Shown one piece after another: positions 22,854 to 34,339 of a DNA stretch of 64,000 nt. Source of the stretch: Paraspadella gotoi (Eukaryota; Animalia; Chaetognatha). The DNA is taken from assembly GCA_051294375.1 (NCBI GenBank), contig CM119268.1:22695427-22759426 (forward strand). The letters run 5' to 3'. Position numbers and translations under genes: made by a program. Below the pieces are notes generated by a model that searched no databases, had not been told where the DNA came from, and saw only the letters and a program-made list of their open reading frames with translations. Numbering within the stretch: position 1 is the first letter of the stretch; every line of letters begins with the position of its first letter.

Positions 22854-25736
22854 ATGGATTATTCGGACGATGGTTCGTCGGACATTTGCCGCGTTTGCCG
22901 TTCGGACGGGACCGCAGACAAGCCGCTGTTCCATCCTTGCGTCTGCACCGGTTCCATCAAATTCGTCCATCAGGATTGCCTCGTGCAATGGCTCAAGTAC
23001 AGCAAGAAAGAGTTTTGCGAACTCTGCCAACACCGGTACTCGTTCACGCCGATCTACGCCCCCGACATGCCGAAGCGATTGCCCGTCAAAGACATCGTGG
23101 GCGGCCTTGTGACGAGCGTCGCCACGGCCGTCAAGTATTGGATTCACTACACTATCGTTGCCTTCATGTGGTTGTGCGTAGTTCCCCTCATGTCCTGCCG
23201 CATCTACCGGTGCCTCTTCACTGGCTCCGTCAGCTCCCTGCTCACCCTTCCCTTGGAGATTCTCAACACGGAGAACCTCTTGCCCGACAGTTGTCAAGGA
23301 TTCTTCGTGGTCATGTGTACGCTCTGCGCCTTCATCGGCCTCGTCTGGTTGCGCGAGCAGATTCTCCACGGCGGCGGACCGGAATGGCTCGACGCCGACC
23401 ACCAGTGGGAAAGGCGGCTGGGTCAGCCGGCCGGAGCCAACAATCCCATCCCCATCGGCGCCGAGGGACAGGCTGTAGACGACGCTGCAGCGGCGGGTGG
23501 CGCCGGAGCTGCTGCTGCGCCTGCGCAACGTCGGAATCCTCTCGACGTCGTCGAAGTGGAAGACGACGACGATGATGACGACGAAGACGCCGATGACGAG
23601 GAGGAGGACGACGACGACGCGGCCCCGGACGAGCAAAACGGCGCCGGTATCGAAGACGGCGCCGTACAGGAAGACAACGGGTGGAATCCCATGCCGGTGG
23701 ATTGGAACGCCGGCGGCCCCAACGAGGAACTTACCTGGGAACGCCTTCTCGGTCTCGACGGCTCCGTCGTTTTCTTGGAGCACGTCTTCTGGGTCATTTC
23801 CATCAACACACTCTTCATTCTCATCTTTGCCTTCTCCCCTTACCACATCGGCCACTTCGCCACGATGGGTCTGCGTCTGGAAGAGACAGTGGCGTCCTCG
23901 CAGTTCGAGGGCCTTTTGACGACGCTAGGGGGCTACGTCATCGTCGCCGCGACCCTCATTCTTCTTTATTACGTGGCAACGGCGTTGCGTCTTCGTCGCA
24001 TCCGTCGTTACTTCGGATTTTGCTACGTCGTCGTCAAGGTGTCTCTACTGGTCGTGGTGGAGATAGGCATCTCCCCTCTCATCTGCGGATGGTGGCTCGA
24101 CGTCTGCTCGCTCTCCCTCTTCGACGCCACGCTCGCCGAGAGACACGCCACCTTCCTCCACGCCCCCGGGACCACGACGTTCCTCCACTGGCTCGTCGGG
24201 ATGGTCTATGTCTTTTACTTCGCCTCCTTCATTCTTCTTTTGCGAGAGATCCTCCGTCCTGGCGTTCTTTGGTTCTTGAGAAACTTAAACGACCCCGACT
24301 TCAATCCGATCCAAGAGATGATCCACCTTCCGCTCATTCGTCACTTTCGCCGCTTCGTCGCCTCCATGGTCATTTTCGGGACGACCGTGTTGCTGATGCT
24401 GTGGCTCCCCATCCGAACCATCAAGTTCTTCACGCCCGACTTTCTCCCCTACAGCGTTTCGGTGACTCGCCACTCGCAGGCGTCCGAACTCAGCCTGGAG
24501 TTGCTCCTGCTTCAAATCGTGCTACCGGCGTTGCTGGAGCAGGGCCATACGAGGGCCTGGCTTAAGACTATGGTAACCCTTTGGGCCAAAGTCGTGTCAT
24601 CGTTGTTGGGGCTTCGCTCCTACTTGATGGGCGATGTTCCTCTTGCCGAAGACGAGGAGAATATCGTAGAGGGCGACCCCGGCGTGGACGAACGTGTCCC
24701 GGCCCCGCAAGCCGGGAACGAAAACGATGTGGGGGCGATGGTTCCGCCTCCATTGCTGCAACAAGATCAGGCAGATCTCGCCGCCGGCGGACTCGGCGCC
24801 GCCCATCAGGCCATGCTACTTGGCGGCGGCCCTACGGGTTTTATGCCGTACAAAAGGCCGACATATTTTGCGCTGCGTCTGCTGTTGCTGATCATCGCCC
24901 TTTGCGTGACTCTCTTCCTCTTCTCTGTGGCCGGCTTCGTCCTTCCCGTCTCCCTCGGCCGCGCCTTCCTCGGCTACGTTGTCGGCCTCTACGTCGGCAA
25001 CGTCAAGATTCACGAGTTGTACACGGCCGCCTGCGGGTTGTACTTGGGCTGGCTCAACATCAGGCTCGCCACCGTGCTCTATGCCTGGGTGCCTCGAGGA
25101 CTCTCCGTCATTCTAGTCCGCCTGAGAGACGTGACCTTGCTCTCGCTGAAAACTATTCTCCTCGTGTCCCTTTTTCTCATTCTCATCCCTTTGCTCATGG
25201 GCGTGACTTTTCAACTTGTTATCGTGACTCCTTTGCGCGTCCCGCTCACCCAGACACCGCTTTACAACCCTTGGCAGGACTGGGCTCTGGGCATCCTGCA
25301 CATGAAGATCGCTTGCGCCCTCATCCTGATGGGTCCGGCTTGGTGGCTCAAGACCTCCCTGGAGCGAATCTATCAAGAGGGCATGTGGAACGTTCATCTT
25401 CGACAACTACTCTTCGATCTCGCCTTCCCCGTTCTCGGTGTATTAGGCCTCGTCATTTCCGGTCCCTACGCCTTCTCCCACTCGATAGTGCCGCGCCTCG
25501 GCCTGGCACCCGCCACGCAGATCCTCCTCCAGCGCCGCATCTATCTCTTCGGCATCTCGACCATTCTCGGCGCGGCTCTGGTCCTCTTCCAGGCCAAGCA
25601 GTTTCGCCGTCTTTACGAACACATCAAGAACGACAAGTACCTCGTCGGGCAGCGCCTCGTCAACTACTACGCTCCGACTCGCGCCCGAAGCGCCGACAAC
25701 GCCGGGGGATTGGCGCTGGGGAATAACGGAGATTGA
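22854..25736 (+). CDS. MARCHF6: E3 ubiquitin ligase MARCHF6 (Doa10/TEB4), intronless CDS
   Basis: RING-CH DICRVCRS..PLFHPCVCTGSIKFVHQDCLVQWLKYS.KE.CELC; ELTWERLLGLDGS; TD domain PLICGWWLDVCSL..LREILRPGVLWFLRNLNDPDFNP; C-terminal HIKNDKYLVGQRLVNY. Confidence 0.97.
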   Translation: MDYSDDGSSDICRVCRSDGTADKPLFHPCVCTGSIKFVHQDCLVQWLKYSKKEFCELCQHRYSFTPIYAPDMPKRLPVKDIVGGLVTSVATAVKYWIHYTIVAFMWLCVVPLMSCRIYRCLFTGSVSSLLTLPLEILNTENLLPDSCQGFFVVMCTLCAFIGLVWLREQILHGGGPEWLDADHQWERRLGQPAGANNPIPIGAEGQAVDDAAAAGGAGAAAAPAQRRNPLDVVEVEDDDDDDDEDADDEEEDDDDAAPDEQNGAGIEDGAVQEDNGWNPMPVDWNAGGPNEELTWERLLGLDGSVVFLEHVFWVISINTLFILIFAFSPYHIGHFATMGLRLEETVASSQFEGLLTTLGGYVIVAATLILLYYVATALRLRRIRRYFGFCYVVVKVSLLVVVEIGISPLICGWWLDVCSLSLFDATLAERHATFLHAPGTTTFLHWLVGMVYVFYFASFILLLREILRPGVLWFLRNLNDPDFNPIQEMIHLPLIRHFRRFVASMVIFGTTVLLMLWLPIRTIKFFTPDFLPYSVSVTRHSQASELSLELLLLQIVLPALLEQGHTRAWLKTMVTLWAKVVSSLLGLRSYLMGDVPLAEDEENIVEGDPGVDERVPAPQAGNENDVGAMVPPPLLQQDQADLAAGGLGAAHQAMLLGGGPTGFMPYKRPTYFALRLLLLIIALCVTLFLFSVAGFVLPVSLGRAFLGYVVGLYVGNVKIHELYTAACGLYLGWLNIRLATVLYAWVPRGLSVILVRLRDVTLLSLKTILLVSLFLILIPLLMGVTFQLVIVTPLRVPLTQTPLYNPWQDWALGILHMKIACALILMGPAWWLKTSLERIYQEGMWNVHLRQLLFDLAFPVLGVLGLVISGPYAFSHSIVPRLGLAPATQILLQRRIYLFGISTILGAALVLFQAKQFRRLYEHIKNDKYLVGQRLVNYYAPTRARSADNAGGLALGNNGD

Positions 25737-26682
25737 AAGTTTTTAAAGAGGGGAAAGAGAATTAGACTTATCTTTTTAAGTAGCTAGCGATTCGCCACGA
25801 TTGAAATAAATCGTTGGCGTTAGTTATATTAGTTCTATTATGGTTATTTAGCCTCCTTGCTTGTCAATTAAGATGTCTTTTACGAAATAAATTATTATTT
25901 TTTGGGAGCTTAAATGACTCGGACAAAGGCGACGGCCATTTAACAACGACGACTTAGTTACTTGAATATTTGTACTAGACATAAAAAGATTGAATATTTT
26001 TAATAATGACACTAGTAGATAGGTAGTGGGCCTAATTGGGGGAAACATTGTCCCGCCGCTCTTGCTGCAACAGTATCAAGCGGACCTCGCCGCCGGCCGG
26101 CGGTGTATTTTTTTTTTTGCCTATGATTTTTGCCTTCGAGCTTGTTGGAATGGTCAAAATTAACCTAAGTTATTGGGTTAAAACTTTAAAAATAATAATC
26201 ATTAATTTACTTTCCGTTACTTGAAAATAAGACACGTTCAATGTAGAAATTCTTGAATGAATAATGTAGTCCATACGTGGCTGTAATTTCTTTCAAGCTT
26301 AGAAAACATCCAATAACTTTCATTAAAAAAAAACACTTTATATATTTTCAACTTAATGATCACGCAAAACATGAACACAGTACAGTATTCGAGTGTAGCT
26401 GTCCTTCCCCCCCCCTTTTTTTTTTCGTGTTATATGCGCTCTATTCTTCCCAGCTGTTTTTTTTTTCTCCTCAACTGCATGTAGCGACTTTTGTAGCGTG
26501 GGTGTACCTTTTTCCGATTCAATGTTAACGGGACAGCCAAATCGTCTACTGTACAGTACAGTTTAAAACAAAACAAATATAAATATTCTATTCTTCTTCA
26601 ACCGACATTTTTTTTCCAGATATATTTTTTTTTCCGTTACAAATCTCAAAACTTTAAAAACAAAAAAACCTAAAAAAGAAAA

Positions 26683-27941
26683 ATGATGGAAGACTCTCCG
26701 GCGACGTTCGTGTTCGGTCACTGGGGAACCTCGAGCGAATCCACGATGCAATCCGACTTCCCCGTCCACCGTGCCTGTCGAGACGGAGACGTCGCCGCCC
26801 TCGACTCTCTCCTCGCATCCGGGAGATTCAGCGTCTACGATGAAGACTCCTTCTACGGGTGGACGCCGGCGCACTGGGCCGCCTACTTCGGGAGACTCGA
26901 CTGCCTAATGAGGGTCATTCAGTTCCACTGCAACAACGGCAACGGAGGTAAGGAATGTTGTGTAAGGAGTGATAATAAAGAAGCTGTTGAGGCGACTTAC
27001 CACCGGTCTCTCTCTCTAAACCTTTCCTCTCTCCTCTTTCTCCGAGCCGGTCTAACACTCGTGATAAGTTGTGAGAAAAGATATATGTGAGATATGCTTT
27101 GTGTCTGTCGTCGGGATCCTTCTTCGATTGTTTCATTGAATTTCAATCATCCTCTTCAGCCCTCTCTTCTCCAGCAACCCCCTTCGCCTTCTCCAACTTG
27201 TCCGTGGATCTGCAGACCAAGAGGTTCGGCCAGACGCCTTCTCACGTGGCCGCCTTTGCTGGCAACGCACACTGCCTCAAGTGGCTGCTGCATTGCGGCG
27301 CGGCTTTGGACAGGTCCGTTTGGATTTGTAGTTAAGACTTTCTACACTGTAGAATCTCCACTGGAATCTAAAGTAAGTGTTTTATGTTGTATTAAATTCG
27401 CAGACAAGACTATCTCGGCGAGACGTCGCTCCACAAGGCTGCGCGCACGGGAAGCCTCGAATGCACGCATATGCTCACGTCGCACGCAGCCGACATCGAT
27501 GTTCGCAACAAAAACGGTCAAACGCCCAAAGACCTCGCCAGGGCTTGCGGTTATCTCTCCATCGCTGATTACTTGAATCAGGTCTTTTTTCGTTGTAATC
27601 ATGAGTTTAATAATTTAATAATTGTATCAAATAATTTAATATTTATGTATGTAATAATAGTTTTTAAAAATTTGCTTTCAAAGGTGGCCAAAAACTTCCC
27701 TCGGAAAGGACCGCCCCGACCCGGCGGTGGCGCCGGCGACCAAACCGAGGACGAGGCGATGGAAACTTGCGAAGCTGTTCAGTCGGCCACGCCTACATCT
27801 CACGTGGCGCCGGAAGGCGACGTCCTGCTCAACGGTGCCATCGCCGCCAACTTTGTTCCCGTCGGCGGGAAAAAGCGTCAGCGACGGAACGAAGAGGAAT
27901 CTGTCGCTAAGAGGTTCAAGTTCTCTCTCTCTTTTTCTCTC

Positions 27942-27982
<41 letters not shown>

Positions 27983-28178
27983 TTCTCTATTTTTCTCTTT
28001 CTCTATTTTTCTCTCTCTCTCTTTTTCTCTCACTCTTTTTCTCTCTCTCACGAAACATGTTTAGAGTAAAAAACCTTTTTCAAGTGTTTCAGTTTGAAAA
28101 ATTTCATTTCCTAAATGGATGTAGCTTTTCAGTGCACAATGTGGCCAAAAGCCGTTTTAAAGATATAATTCTCTCTCT

Positions 28179-28217
<39 letters not shown>

Positions 28218-28225
28218 TCGGTCTC

Positions 28226-28260
<35 letters not shown>

Positions 28261-31163
28261 CTTCTCTCTCTCCTCAGATTACGCCTCTCCGGTGCGGGAG
28301 ACTTTGTCCCTGATCTCCGTTCTCTCTTCGACTCCGCTTATCCCACCGCCAGTCCGCCCGCCGCTCCGCCCGCCGTTCCTCCCGCCGCTCCGCCCGCCGC
28401 TTCTCCCTCCGCTCAGCCCTCCGCTTCGACCGGCTTTGCTCATCCTGCCCTCGACAGCCAATCCGCGCCGCCGACGAACCTGGCGGAGGCTGAGGTGGCT
28501 CAGATGCGCGGCCACCCGCTCGTGTCCTTCGATCGCGCGGAGGCGACGCGACGGAGTTTCGGCTCGGAAGCGTTCGTCGCGCCTCGCGCCTCTTCGTCCA
28601 CGCCGGATTTGCGGGACAAGTCGCCCATGTATCCGGGTGAGTTATGAGTGGAGGATGATATTTTTAAAGGAGCCGAATTCTCTCAATCTTCTTTTACTCC
28701 TTTTCTTTTTTCATTCTTTTTTTTGGCTCACAAACTTCTTTTTGCGGAAATGTAGAGAATTGCTCTTGAGAGGTGAAAGTTATTGGAAAAAAAGATTAGA
28801 CCATGGCAACGGGAGGTTTGCCTGTGATACCCAGGGCGCGGGGTATCTCATCAGGGGCTGCGGACCCTCAGTGACCGCCTCCTGTCACTGGCAAATTTAA
28901 ACCGATTCCGTCACATTTAAGCCAGAACCGGGATACCCAGGGATTGAACCCAGGACGGACGGTTGAAACGAGATGATTTATCTTGCTCAGCCATTGAGAC
29001 GAGGCTGAGGACGGACAGCAAAGAGGCAACTTTAAGTCGTGCTGCGACAAGACATCAATTTGAGGGAAACCATTAATTTTTTTTACATTCGATTTTGAAC
29101 TTGGCTATTTAAACTTAATTTGATATTTTCCTTGATTGCATGCGGTATCCAATATTTCTAATCGAGCTTTTCCTTTTTTTTCATTTATTTATGAAAAGTC
29201 TGTGCAAAACCTTTATCATTCCCCAAAGATGCTACAAACTAATTTCTAGTCACTAGTCACTAACGTTAAAAAATATATTGACTTTTATAATGTTTACTTA
29301 CATAAATCAACGTTCATTATTATTTTTTACGCTAATTGCTTTTGGATTTTTTAAATTAGAAATACTATACAATAGAGTGGAGCTCTCGAGAACAAAAATG
29401 TGATTTGAGTCAATTAACAATAATAATTTTATGCGAGATTGTATGATTATTAAGTCGTAGTAAAATTTCTAAATTTAACTTTAATTAAAATTCTAAAAGT
29501 GAGGAACGAATAACATTAAACTAATGAACATTTATGTAATAAAAAAATTTATAATAAATTTTACAATTTGCGCAGTAGGCCATATTTATGAAAATTTGCA
29601 AATTACTAGTACTAATCCAATAAATATTAAAATTTCAAAACAGTTTTTTCTAATATTTTTTTGCAGATTTGGATTCGTCATAAAAAGTTAATATAAAGAA
29701 ATATAACTCTTTTTATAAAATTCCTTCATTAAGAGGGTCAAAAATTAGAAAAAATTATATTTTAAACTGAAAATTAATTTTTTATATATTAAATATAGTT
29801 TTTTTAATTTTTAACCCACTTAATGAAAAAATTTTTAAAAATGATTTATATTTTCTTTTATCAACTTTTGACAAGGAATTCAAATCTGCAATCAAAATTA
29901 AGAAAAGCTTATTTTGAAATTTTTCGATTTTATAAGGATAATACTATATATAAATATAGCCTACTGCGAAAATTAAAAAACATAAAATTATTTTTTTTTA
30001 CAAATTAATGTTTACTGATAGTATGTTGTTCATAATTGACATTTAGAATTTTCGTATGTAACTTTCACTACGCCTTAATGATTATCGAGTATAAAAAATA
30101 TTTTGTTCATATTATTTCGGGAACAGAAACGCAAAATGCAATACATTTATAGTAATATCCTTATAAAATAAAATTTTTCAAAATAATTTTTTGGAAATTT
30201 TTATTAAAGATTCGGATTCCTCATAAAAAGTTATACCAAAAATATAAAACATGTTAAAGAAAATTCCATTGTCTTCAACGTCGAAAATGGAAAAAGGTCA
30301 AAATTCTTAACTTTTTTAGTCTCTGTAATAGAAACTATTTGATGATAAAACGTTTGTCTTTTTTCACAGCTGTAACATTAAAATATCATTTAACATATTT
30401 TACAAAAGTTTTTCATTTTTTTCTTGCGAATCCGAATCTGTTATTACAGTTTTTAAAAAATAATTTTAAAAATTTACGAGTTTACAAGGATATTACTATA
30501 AAGAAAATATAATTTGCGTTCCTGTTCTGCTAAAAAAATTTTTTTTAAGAATCTCATTTTCTTAAATTATGTACGTATATAGAGGCATGAAAAAAATATT
30601 GTTAACTCGCTTAATCGTTTCATGGCTCCACTCTACTATTCAATGTCTACATAAAGTAGTATGCATGAAGCAGCCTTTCCTTAACCTTTCTTTCCTTCTC
30701 TCTTTTTCTCTCTTTATTTCTTTCTTTCTCTCTGTCTTTCTTTCTTTCTTTATCTCTTTCTTTATTTCTTTCTCTTTTTCTTTCTTTATTTCTTTCTATC
30801 TCCCTTTCTTTCTATCTAACTCCCTTTCTTTCTTTATATCCTTCTTTCTATCTTTCTTTCTCTCTTTTTTCTTTCTATCTCTCTCTATCTCTCTCACTCT
30901 TCACACACACACATACAGGTTCCCTGGAGTTCGGCCACTTCGGCGTCGCGTCTCCCGAGGTCCATCGCGGCGCCGTCCGCTTCTCCGGCGTCGGTATCCC
31001 GAGACCGGTGCCACCGGAGGAACACGGCGCGAAAGGTGTTACTCCGGCGGCGTCGTCGGCCTGGACTGAACACTGCGATTCTGTGGCGTCGGAACAGGCC
31101 TACCGCGCTAACTACTCGAGGCTCTTGGCCGACGAGATGTTCATGAACATTCACGGATGTTGA
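26683..31163 (+). CDS. ANKRD10: Ankyrin repeat domain protein 10, 6 exons
   Basis: FPVHRACRDGD..EDSFYGWTPAHWAAYFGRLDCL; QTPSHVAAFAG; QDYLGETSLHKAARTGSLEC; GKKR..KRLR. Last exon 30919-31163 gives MYP|GSL..EHCDSV..MNIHGC*, matching the ANKRD10 C-terminal motif; the donor near 28637 bypasses the stop at 28647. Confidence 0.9.
28802..29010 (-). mobile_element. tRNA-derived SINE-like repeat, family B, diverged copy
   Basis: Minus-strand B-box GGTTCAATCC; body similar to 36836-37092 and 55236-55415. Confidence 0.6.
29520..30540. mobile_element. Two adjacent AT-rich foldback (MITE-like) units in an ANKRD10 intron
   Basis: Inverted pairs CGCAGTAGGC.ATATTTA (29571) / TAAATATAGCCTACTGCG (29951); GAACAG.AACGCAAA..ATAGTAATATCCTT (30121) / AAGGATATTACTAT..TTTGCGTT.CTGTTC (30486). 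Internal GAT.GGATTC..CATAAAAAGTT block shared by both units. Confidence 0.65.
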
Positions 31164-32197
31164 AGACCCAATCATTTTTACATATCTCTCTCTCTCTCTC
31201 TCTCTATATATATACATATATATAGAATTATATAACGATCTCCATTTGTCGATAGGATAAATTTACGGCATTGTGGCAAATTTATATTGATCGTTTTACA
31301 ATCAAGTTTTATCTCCCGTTTGAGCGCTTCATTACAATCTCATCCTGTCCTTGGGATTAACGATTATGAGTTTACTTTTTTCAATTTACATTTTTGTTCC
31401 ATTTTGTTGTTAACCATTGAGCGGAATTAACAGCAAAAGTTAATCCCAAGGCACAAGAATTTTACTTGAGCGTTTAAATTCGAGACTGAATTAAATATTT
31501 AAAGAAACGGTGTTATGATTTTTACAAGATACAAAGTTTGGTAATGTGACATTAACGCCTGATGCTTGAAAACCAGTTTATATATGACTTTTTTTTGGCA
31601 AAGCCCTTTAAAGAAATTTACATATATTTTTGCGGAAAAATTGCAGCACTATTTTTTTACTAACGAGCCGAGGAATTCACAAAAGTTTTTTTACGTCTCC
31701 TGGCATTAATAAATTAAATAATCTATTATCCAGCGCCTTGGAAACGCCACTCGCTTACGCTTTCAAACCGTCGTTATTAGCTAGCAGCCTTCTATTTATG
31801 TTCACTCATTTCACGGCTTACTTTTGGCCACCAATTAATTCGCGTTTTTTTGATTTACACGTTTAGCAAATGTTACTCACCGCGCAATTCAATAGTTTTG
31901 TTTTACTTGTTACGAGACAACGTAAAAAAAATATCCGTTTTACATTTTTGCGTTGACGATTTGGTCCTTGACAAATAACAGCGATGAGGTTTTTTTTTTT
32001 TTTTTTTTGGGTCAAGCCCCATTCGTAGCTAATCTCGAGTTTATGTATCGAATCTCTTGCATTGTTTAACGTTTGTTTATTCATCCCATTTTTTTGTTTG
32101 TTTACGAAATAGAACGTTTACTTTCACAGACAAATGATGAGTGTGCGAGCGTTTTCGTGATTAAAAGAAAAAGAAAAACATCGAAACAAGAGAAACA

Positions 32198-33305
32198 ATG
32201 TCGATCTTCGCTCCCTTCACATCTCCATCCCCCGCTAAGTCACCCGCAGATCTGGTCCCATCGACGGGGTTGGCCACGTCTCCCGCAACAGGTGAAGCTC
32301 GCCAGAAAAATAGAGCCTGAGACTTAACTCAGTCTATATTTCTATAATTATAAATGGTGTAATTATATATATCATTTTCCCCCTCATCAGTTTCCAGTCT
32401 GTCCCCACACGTCGGCATGTCAGAATCGGAGCGGATGCATCTTTTCAACTCGATCTGCGGCGCTGTGCTGCGTAGGGAAGGTCTCGCGTCGCGCGGGGAG
32501 ATCGCCGTTCTGCGGACCGGCATCCCCGTCCCGGCGATGTCTCCCGAGGAGTGGCGGGTCAAGAGAGCCATGGACAGTTGCGGCTTCAAGACAGGTTCGT
32601 GTTTTTAGGGAACGAGCGACAGGGGGGGGGTTGTCCTTGAAGAGAAATTTTCTGTACATTATTTACAAATCATCTTCATTCGTATCTCTCCTCTTTAATT
32701 TCTCTTTCCTTTTCTTTTCTCTCATCTTCTCTTTTTTCTTTTCTCTCATCTTCTCTTTTCTTTTCTCTTATATCCTCTTACATCTTCCCTTCCCTCCTCT
32801 TCTCTTCAGCCCTCTCCTGCGTGGCGGGCGCCGCCTTCGGAGGCGTGTTCGGTCTCTTCACGGCCGCCGTCGACCCCAACATCACGGGGACGGAGACTCC
32901 GACGACGCGATTGGTGCTGAAGGAGATGGGTTCGCGGATGGCGTCGTACTCGAAGAACTTCGCCATCATCGGCGCCATGTTCGCCTGCACGGAATGCGTC
33001 ATCGAGACCCACCGGGCCAAGGACGATTGGTGCAACAGCCCGATGGCGGGTGAGGAGGGGGGGCGGGTAGGGGGGAGGTTGAAATTCTATCAACTAAAGC
33101 TGCTTGCTTCATTCGGTATTCTTTAATGTTTATCCCTATTTATTAGTAAAAAAAAGCCTGAATAATATCCTATTGATTAATTATTCTTATAGGCGCCGTT
33201 ACCGGTGGACTCATAGGATTGCGAACTGGACTAATGGGCGCCGTTTTGGGCGGGACTGGTTTCGCCATCTTCAGTCTCGCCATTGATTACTACCTCAAGT
33301 CTTAG
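32198..33305 (+). CDS. TIMM22: Mitochondrial import inner membrane translocase Tim22, 4 exons
   Basis: AMDSCGFKT|[57 protein letters not shown]|[25 protein letters not shown]; both conserved disulfide Cys present. Confidence 0.95.
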
Positions 33306-33379
33306 CATCTTTTTTCTCCCCCCCCCCCACCCTTATTCATTCGTTCTTGTTTTTGTTGGCAGAATACAGAATACAATTT

Positions 33380-34128
33380 ATGTCTAACGCAATGAACTTC
33401 TACCGAAATCACAAACTTTTCACTCTAACATTCCCGCCCGGCGGCGCCTCTTTCCCTTCCTTCCTTCGCCGTCGCTTCTCATTGACGCATCTTCGACGCC
33501 AAAGATGGCTCGATCTGACGCGTCATCGGCATTTAAAGCAAAAAGAGAATGAACGCATGAGAGAAGCCCTCCTTCTATTTGATAACAAGCACAAAGCGAT
33601 TCGACGCAACGGCATCGGCTTTGCTTTCACCGGGCTCCTCGCCGGCGGAAGCCTGGCTCATTCGCGGTATCTCAGGCGGACATCCACCGATAGAGTCATG
33701 ATTCGTAAGGTGAGCATGAAGTATATTTTGCTTAAAATGGGGGAAAAATGTTTTGCATAAATTGGGGAGGAAATATACAGTAACTTTTCTCTANNNNNNN
33801 NNNAAATAGTATCTTGCATAAATTGGCCGGCAATATTTTACATAAAACCGAAAACTTTCTGTCCCTTCTCGTTTCCCTCTCCCAGTCGTTCCAAATCATC
33901 TACGTAGCCGGCGGGATTTTCTTGTTTAGTTTGTTGGGGGAATTATTCTTCTCGGCCTATCTGCTCGGAGCTCACTTACCGGTTTACTCGTTTGGAGGCC
34001 TTGCCACTGGTTACTTCGTCATCTCCCTCAGAGGCCTCTCGTCCTACTTCACATCCCCCAAAGTAGAATCTCAAGAGTCGGGGGAGGGAGACACTGAAGC
34101 TCTCTCTGATAAGTCGCTCGAGGAATGA
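33380..34128 (+). CDS. Putative mitochondrial inner-membrane protein, divergent Tim17-family / TIMMDC1-like, 2 exons
   Basis: Arg-rich acid-free N-terminus (FLRRRFSLTHLRR); three Gly-rich hydrophobic segments (GFAFTGLLAGG; GGIFLFSLLG; SFGGLATGYFVISLRGL); phase-0 intron at about 33710-33884. Confidence 0.6.
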
Positions 34129-34339
34129 AACCCTGCGTGAAGAGAGATTCGCCCACGAAAGTGAAAAATCTTTTTTCAAACGAAGACTATTGCTTCTGCA
34201 TTAAATTGTCTCCATCTGTGAAAACCAAAACGAAACAGTCTCCGATTGATTTTGACAATTCAGATTTTAACTTATGCCCTACGAATCCTCGTTATTTTCT
34301 TTTTACATGAAACGAAAAGATTCCGTCAGAGAAGCGAAA

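Noticed and set aside
22749-25726. Long overlapping and antisense ORFs (368, 294 and 381 aa) over MARCHF6
   Set aside because: Shadow frames produced by GC3-rich codon usage; no recognisable domains.
28279-28647. ANKRD10 ending at the stop at 28647, with a separate small gene at 30919
   Set aside because: A GTGAGT donor precedes the stop, and the 30919 exon supplies the conserved ANKRD10 C-terminus in phase.
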